From NCBI GenBank assembly GCA_030753015.1, contig JASMDC010000003.1:64001-128000 (forward strand): a stretch of DNA of 64,000 nt. The letters are read 5' to 3'. Under the pieces are notes generated by a model, which saw only the letters and a program-made list of their open reading frames with translations, searched no databases and was not told the DNA's origin. The DNA is from Candidatus Undinarchaeales archaeon (GTDB taxonomy: Archaea; SpSt-1190; JASMDC01). This document shows positions 58,591 to 64,000 of the stretch, one piece after another (position 1 is the first letter of the stretch; the number at the start of each line of letters is the position of its first letter). Made by a program: the position numbers and the translations under genes.

Positions 58591-58609
58591 GTATTATACC
58601 GTTCCCCGC

Positions 58610-59647
58610 CTAGAGCCCCTTGTCCGCTCCGCCGGCGAGGGGCTCGACCTCGGCCTCGTACCGGTCAGCAGTGGGGAACTCGCGAACGATCGCGCATCGC
58701 AGCCCCTTTCTCGCGAGACGTCGTGCCACTGCAGATGAGGTCTCGATACGTTCCTTATCTGGATCGGGTGCCCATGAGCGACGGGGGAATGCTGCCATCA
58801 CATTAGGATCCATAGTGTACACGACACCCTTCTCCAACAGACCATCATCGGTCACGCGCTCGAACGGTCGGCGCAGGTTCTGGGCTGTGCGGATGTAACG
58901 GTTGGCGAGCTGGATCCCGTCCTTGAGGTGTGAGGGGCAGAGCTGGACCGCAAGTGATGTGTGCTCCTCCGCCCAGCGCACGAGCTCGGCGCCTAGCTCG
59001 TAACTCCCGTCCACGACGCATCCCTCGGGCGAAGGGACAAGTCCGTGCTCACGCATGGCAGATCCCGTTCTGTCCGTGTACTCCAGTTCGTTGAGGTTAC
59101 AGAAGGCAGCTCCCGCCTCGTCCAGAAAGCGCAGGTACGCTTTGAGGCGTTCGCTCTCGCCGGGGAGGACGGGCACTTCAGCACCCACGGCCCACTCAAG
59201 CTCTAGTGCGTGCTTCACAGCGTCCTTTGCGAAGTGGAACCGTATCTCGTCAACCCCGGCGTCATGCAGCTGTGAGAGCACTGTAGATGTCGCCCGGGAG
59301 CCGTCCGTGTAGAGATGGATATGGAAACGCTCTCCCTGATGCTCCTTGAGGAGGCGGACCAGATGAACCGTCCGGTCGACACAGGCGAGGGGATCGCCCC
59401 CCGTGACGCCAGCGCCGAGGGCACGCATACGCTCTGCCTCAAGGAGGATATCCTCGTCCCGTGCGATGGGCCTCTCGTTGGCCCACGTATCGTCCACTTC
59501 TCGTCGCCGGTCGGAGAGCGGGCAGTAGAAACAGCCTCGACCGCATACTCCCGTGACGAATAGCACGAGCTTGGCCCCTTTGACACATAGGCGGCATCCT
59601 GCGGGTAGCTTTCCCGTGTAGGGGGCGTCTGCTTTCGTGTACCGCAT
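58610..59647 (-). CDS. Archaeal radical SAM protein (COG2108-like)
   Basis: GCRLCVKGAKLVLFVTGVCGRGCFYCPLS, TGGDPL, HIHLYT, DEIRFH, NLNELE. Confidence 0.88.
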   Translation of the reverse strand: MRYTKADAPYTGKLPAGCRLCVKGAKLVLFVTGVCGRGCFYCPLSDRRREVDDTWANERPIARDEDILLEAERMRALGAGVTGGDPLACVDRTVHLVRLLKEHQGERFHIHLYTDGSRATSTVLSQLHDAGVDEIRFHFAKDAVKHALELEWAVGAEVPVLPGESERLKAYLRFLDEAGAAFCNLNELEYTDRTGSAMREHGLVPSPEGCVVDGSYELGAELVRWAEEHTSLAVQLCPSHLKDGIQLANRYIRTAQNLRRPFERVTDDGLLEKGVVYTMDPNVMAAFPRRSWAPDPDKERIETSSAVARRLARKGLRCAIVREFPTADRYEAEVEPLAGGADKGL

Positions 59648-59731
59648 CTGTGGGACACCTCGGGGCTTTTACTCTGCAATAGTAACGTTTATATACTCAT
59701 TCAGGGTACAGAATCTAGGTAGGGACGACCT

Positions 59732-60664
59732 ATGACCACGATCAAACAGTTCACCATAGAGCGCATAGAAGCCGTTTTCGTGATGCTGCTGATGCTTGTC
59801 ATCATCGCGGCACTGAACGAGGAGGTTCGAATGCTCTTCGTGTTCCCCATTTTCCTCTTGCTGTTGGGGACCCTCATCCAAGTAGGTTTCAAGACGGGGA
59901 TCCTCGTGCAGCTCGATGACTATGAACGGGCGATCGTGCTCCGTCGTGGTCGTTTCCACCGTATCTCCAAGTCGGGGTGGAACATAAAGCTGCCCTGGCT
60001 CGAGGAGATGAAGATCGTCGACCTACGACAGAAGACTATGAACCTCCCGCCCCAGCAGGCCTACACCGCTGACGAGGTCAAGGTCCATCTGGACACCGTT
60101 GTGTTCTACAAGGTTATCGATCCGCGCAAGGTCGTGCTCGAGGTTGACCACTTCACCGAATCGCTGGAGGAGTACGTCCGCTCCGCGCTTCGCGACATAG
60201 CGGGCAACTTAACCGTGGTGGAGCTTATCGGCGAGATCGAGAAGGTCAACGATCTCGTTAAGGCCAAGATAGAGCCTTTCACCTCGGACTGGGGTATCAA
60301 TATCGTCGGCGTCCAGATCACCAATGTCCAGCTGCCGCAGACCATTGAATCTGCCATGCAGCAGCTCAAGCGGCAGAAGGACCTGTGGGCCGCAGCCCGT
60401 TGGCAGGCCAAGGCACGTCAGATGGAGATCGAGTCGCTCGCCCATGCAGCTAAGCACCTCGATGACCGGGCCCTCAAATACCTATATCTAAAGGAAGCGT
60501 TGCCCAAGCTCGCCGAGGGTGAGGGCAACAAGGTGTTCTTCCCTGTGGACTTCAAAAGCGGCGACATGTCCAATGCAATGAGCATGGATCGCATGATGGA
60601 GAAGGAGAAGAAGGCCGAGGGTGAACAGGCGAACACCGCTCCGCCCCACATCCGCCAGCGGTAG
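59732..60664 (+). CDS. SPFH/band-7 (stomatin-like) membrane protein
   Basis: Two N-terminal TMs; YERAIVLRRG, VDLR, T.DEV.V..D.VVFYKV.DP, LRDI.G, WGI. Confidence 0.9.
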   Translation: MTTIKQFTIERIEAVFVMLLMLVIIAALNEEVRMLFVFPIFLLLLGTLIQVGFKTGILVQLDDYERAIVLRRGRFHRISKSGWNIKLPWLEEMKIVDLRQKTMNLPPQQAYTADEVKVHLDTVVFYKVIDPRKVVLEVDHFTESLEEYVRSALRDIAGNLTVVELIGEIEKVNDLVKAKIEPFTSDWGINIVGVQITNVQLPQTIESAMQQLKRQKDLWAAARWQAKARQMEIESLAHAAKHLDDRALKYLYLKEALPKLAEGEGNKVFFPVDFKSGDMSNAMSMDRMMEKEKKAEGEQANTAPPHIRQR

Positions 60665-60747
60665 TGCATCTGCGACCGTGCCGCGCGCACTCCTCAGAAA
60701 GGAATAAGATTCAGAGCATCCATAGGAATGCAAATCAGGTGACCCTC

Positions 60748-60894
60748 ATGTGCTGTGGCAGTCGTCCACCAGTGAGTTATAATGGCCACGCAGGCTATGT
60801 ATCGGGCGGATATTCCTGCGGTACTGGATGCACAAGTGATACCTACGGCGGGTACGGCTTTGGGGCAGGTAACAGCCATCCACAGCGGTACTAA
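60748..60894 (+). CDS. Small Gly/Tyr/Ser/Cys-rich peptide (48 aa)
   Basis: AGGTGA RBS 5 nt before ATG; MCCGSRPPVSYNGHAGYVSGGYSCGTGCTSDTYGGYGFGAGNSHPQRY. Confidence 0.55.
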   Translation: MCCGSRPPVSYNGHAGYVSGGYSCGTGCTSDTYGGYGFGAGNSHPQRY

Positions 60895-60947
60895 TCGTAT
60901 CGCTCAACCGCAACACTTATAGGGCGGACCATCCGCCAAACCGCACA

Positions 60948-61241
60948 ATGTATGCTCTGGACGACCTCGAGACGGTCGGATATGCCGCGTCCATGGACGC
61001 GACTGTCTACTCGACGGTTAACGATCTGGAGACCGGGGACTGGGCTATTATCGGAATCGGTGCGGCTGTTGCCGTGGGTGTCGGTGCGTTAGTCTATGGC
61101 GTGGCCACAGGCAAGATAGACTGTGACCAGGGGTACTCTCCCAGCACGGACGGCGATGATGCCATTGACTGGTTGCTGAATCCAGCGAATCCTGCCAGCC
61201 CGATCTCGCCAATGAACCCTGCCAGTCCCATCTGGAACTGA
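60948..61241 (+). CDS. Small single-TM protein with C-terminal NPASP repeats
   Basis: DLET twice; TM WAIIGIGAAVAVGVGALVYGVA; NPANPASPISPMNPASPIWN. TATA-like ACTTATA ~30 nt upstream. Confidence 0.7.
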   Translation: MYALDDLETVGYAASMDATVYSTVNDLETGDWAIIGIGAAVAVGVGALVYGVATGKIDCDQGYSPSTDGDDAIDWLLNPANPASPISPMNPASPIWN

Positions 61242-61314
61242 TGTTACTACTGCCCCGTGGTAAACTATATAAAGGGCAAATGACATAGGATAGAGGAGCA
61301 GAGAGGAGCGAACT

Positions 61315-63204
61315 ATGGAATACACCGGCGATCGGGAGGTGGACCTGCAGGCAATCCCATTGGAGGCTAAGTTGGATGCCGCCGTGGGCTACCTGCTCTC
61401 GACGCCTTACGAGCAATTGGAAGCCGGTGAACGCAACCTGCGTAACCATATCCTGGCCAAGAACGGGGCCCCCAACTATAGGGCAGGCGAGGAACTCATC
61501 TCTACAATGGAAGGTGTCGCGTACGTCGCCAACGAGTACGGCGAGAAGGATGCGGCCAAGTTCTCAGCAGGCATCCAGGCTCCCTTGACACAGATGCTCA
61601 CCGTGATGGAGCGGGACGTTGAGGAGCTCTACCAAGCGGCATCTAAGGACGAGCGACAGGTGCTCGAGAAATCCTCCTTCTCCGAGCTGTACACCCGTGT
61701 CATGGACAATTCTGACTCCCATCTGCGCGAGCTCATCGACTCATCGGCCCCTTACTCCGAGATAATGGCGAAGGCCAAGGAGTACGATGAGGAGCACACG
61801 GGCTCACTCTCACCGGCCGCTGAGACAATACACGACTTCTCGATCCGGGTGGACCGTGACCGCCGCGGTATATCACGACAAGCATTCCTCATCCCCTACG
61901 GTCTTGTATCCATGGGCACGGCCGCCGCTGCCGGCGACATAGCTGGTGGCCTGCACCGCATGGCCAATATCGGCGTGCTCTCGTACGGACGCGAAGGAGT
62001 CCGCCGCGGTCTCGAGATGGGCCAAAAGGGCATCAAGTACATGGAGAAGCTCGACGGGGCCATCGACAAGTACCTACTCGATCCTATCAACGAACACTTC
62101 GACAAGGACTATCATTGTGAGGCATTTGCCAAGGGCTACGAAAAGTTTCTGGGCGGCGTGGACGTTGTGAACGAGAAGATGGCACAGTACACCGGTTTCG
62201 ACCTGGCGTCTACTGCAGTGTTCGGGACCGAGATCGCCCTGGGCATCATGTCACCCTATGCGCTCATCCCCCTGGCCGCGCTGATCAACGCACCGCGACT
62301 GGGTATGTACGTCTATGACAAGTTCAAGAAGAAGGATGACGGTTCACACCTCGTGGACGAGGTTGACAAGGAGCAAGGCATGCTCTCGAAGTTCTGGAAC
62401 CGGTTCAAGAGGACGCTCAACCTTGGCTTCTCCGTGGGTGACCGCTACGTCAACCCCCTGGCACTCAAGGCCGGGAAGAAGGTCACCAAGGACGACCTTG
62501 ATAACGAGATCATCGACGATATACTCAAGGAGCTCGAGGGCCAGTACTCACCGAACGTGATCAAGGGTGTGGGCGATTACCTCCATAATCATCTGGTCCT
62601 GGGCGAGAAGGAGAAGGAGCGCATCCGTGGCGTCACCGATGCCAACCTCGGATGTGTGGTGAAGACAAAGGTCGGCGAGCGGAACCTTAGCACCGGAAGG
62701 TACAACTGGGTGCCGGAGTACGCCGCAAAGGTCGCAACCGAGCTCAAGGTGCCCTATGAGGAGGCAAAGGGCCACCGGGCCGAGACATCCCGTCATGACG
62801 ATGGCACCGTCGAGGACATCCTTGTGTACAAGGCAGGCCCTGAAGGCAAGGAGGAGGCCGAGGTGGTGTACCGCCGGACCTCTACTGGATTTGAGGGGAC
62901 CATCGTGCCCATCCTGGACCGACATGCCGGGAAGGGCGGTCTTGTGGAGGTCCCGATCTTCGAGGAGGGGAGTATCGCCCGCTACGATATGTTCGAGTAC
63001 GAGATCGGCGTCACCGACCTCACCGACAAGGAAGGCGCCAAGCGCATCCTCTTCCACGAGGCCAAGCACATGGCGCACGACCTCTCTTACTGGGAGGGTC
63101 TCAGGGGCCTTGGGGAGAAGGTCATCACCGAGCGCCTGAAGGAACGGCAGCGTGACCCGGCCAGTGGCGAGGTCGGGAAGGCCGAGGCCGCTGGCAGCGC
63201 CTAG
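61315..63204 (+). CDS. Hypothetical 629-aa protein with central hydrophobic helices and a C-terminal HExxH motif
   Basis: TATA (CTATATAAA ~61265) and GAGGAG RBS; hydrophobic IALGIMSPYALIPLAALI; ILFHEAKHMAHD. Confidence 0.8.
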   Translation: MEYTGDREVDLQAIPLEAKLDAAVGYLLSTPYEQLEAGERNLRNHILAKNGAPNYRAGEELISTMEGVAYVANEYGEKDAAKFSAGIQAPLTQMLTVMERDVEELYQAASKDERQVLEKSSFSELYTRVMDNSDSHLRELIDSSAPYSEIMAKAKEYDEEHTGSLSPAAETIHDFSIRVDRDRRGISRQAFLIPYGLVSMGTAAAAGDIAGGLHRMANIGVLSYGREGVRRGLEMGQKGIKYMEKLDGAIDKYLLDPINEHFDKDYHCEAFAKGYEKFLGGVDVVNEKMAQYTGFDLASTAVFGTEIALGIMSPYALIPLAALINAPRLGMYVYDKFKKKDDGSHLVDEVDKEQGMLSKFWNRFKRTLNLGFSVGDRYVNPLALKAGKKVTKDDLDNEIIDDILKELEGQYSPNVIKGVGDYLHNHLVLGEKEKERIRGVTDANLGCVVKTKVGERNLSTGRYNWVPEYAAKVATELKVPYEEAKGHRAETSRHDDGTVEDILVYKAGPEGKEEAEVVYRRTSTGFEGTIVPILDRHAGKGGLVEVPIFEEGSIARYDMFEYEIGVTDLTDKEGAKRILFHEAKHMAHDLSYWEGLRGLGEKVITERLKERQRDPASGEVGKAEAAGSA

Positions 63205-63255
63205 GTCGCTACGACCAATACCTTGATAAAACTCCATCATCCTAGTACGACCATC

Positions 63256-63540
63256 ATGTCGATGGAGGACTTCCGGGCCCGCATCGATGTCGTTGACGAG
63301 CGGCTCGTGGGGGTGCTCGCTGAGCGCATGGCACTTGTGCGTGAGGTGGCCATGTACAAGAAGGGGCACGGGGTGGATGTCCACCAGCCTGACCGCATGC
63401 GGCAGCTCTTCACCCGTGTGCGAGAGCTGGGCGATCCCAAAGGGCTCGATCCTGACTTCGTTGAGCAGCTCTACCGGGACATCGTGGACGAGGCCATGCG
63501 CATCGAGCACGAGGTCATGGGGTCGGGGGATAGCGAATAA
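63256..63540 (+). CDS. Chorismate mutase type II (AroQ-like)
   Basis: FRARIDVVDERLV.VLAERM.LV.EVA.YK...VHQP.R; F...LY..I..E. Confidence 0.88.
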   Translation: MSMEDFRARIDVVDERLVGVLAERMALVREVAMYKKGHGVDVHQPDRMRQLFTRVRELGDPKGLDPDFVEQLYRDIVDEAMRIEHEVMGSGDSE

Positions 63541-63610
63541 GACTCTCGCCGCCCAAAGCCTAGGTTTTTAAACCAAATCCCCCGCCGGCGGGGGCCTGGG
63601 GAAGATACCC

Positions 63611-64000
63611 ATGGATGTAGAGATCATAGACCGCAACTACGGCTCGGACTTCGACCAACTGCTGGGCGATGCCGAGAAGAACCTCAAGGACGACAGCTTC
63701 TACCTGACAGTGGTCGACATTTTCGGCCAGTACGCCGTCGGGCTCACATATCAGTCGGCTGAGGGAGTGTATGGCGCCGGGGCCGGCCCTCTGAGCCAGG
63801 AAGAGGCGCAGGCCATCGTGGAGAAGATCGACGAGTCCACCTCTGACACCGGATTCGGACCGAGCTTCGCTGTGTACGAGGGCGCGATTGCCCGAGTCGG
63901 AGACACGACCGTCCGAGTGCATGGTACCGGGATGGGCCAGCTGTCCGATGCGACCTCCGGCTACCTGGACAAGCTCGGCCGTGACGGCGCTAAGGGCGAG
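63611..64000 (+). CDS. Hypothetical protein, 3'-truncated by the window edge
   Basis: ATG 63611 opens 130 stop-free codons (MDVEIIDRNYGSDFDQLLGDAEK...) after a TATA-like GGTTTTTAAA. Confidence 0.7.
   Translation, partial: MDVEIIDRNYGSDFDQLLGDAEKNLKDDSFYLTVVDIFGQYAVGLTYQSAEGVYGAGAGPLSQEEAQAIVEKIDESTSDTGFGPSFAVYEGAIARVGDTTVRVHGTGMGQLSDATSGYLDKLGRDGAKGE

Noticed and set aside
63560-63922. 120-aa minus-strand ORF at the window end
   Set aside because: It is antisense to a better plus-strand ORF from 63611 that has a promoter and is open to the window edge.

Overview
GC-rich archaeal chromosomal segment. Archaeal evidence: a cofC/cofD/cofG/cofH F420 cluster, a PAC2 proteasome chaperone, a UPF0148 Zn-ribbon protein, archaeal-type tRNA-Ala(CGC) and tRNA-Val(GAC) without encoded CCA, TATA-like promoters and GGTGA-type ribosome-binding sites. 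The lineage cannot be fixed from this window. Housekeeping genes include ino1, an FKBP, a phosphomannomutase, a transcarbamylase, xseAB, moaABC, a BtpA-family protein, an SPFH protein and chorismate mutase. They alternate with an unusually rich set of large secreted or single-pass surface proteins. The strongest novelty candidate is a family of paralogous Cys-rich single-pass proteins (4130 aa, ~450 aa and ~560 aa). All three share an ectodomain module but differ in their tails: Q/Y/G/W low-complexity tails in two, Zn-ribbon plus GIFT-like domain in the third. The giant member is translationally coupled to a CWB2-repeat protein and a membrane-anchored HTH regulator. Other notable items: a 2.7k-aa Kazal/Ca-repeat surface protein; a circularly permuted iPGM facing a degenerate PEP-synthase paralog; an FbiB-C-like reductase coupled to cofD; a UbiA/secreted-protein breakpoint; a likely non-canonical start or C6 frameshift; and a small Gly/Tyr/Cys peptide ORF. 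No CRISPR array, integrase or transposase was seen. All calls come from reading motifs by eye; no searches were run.
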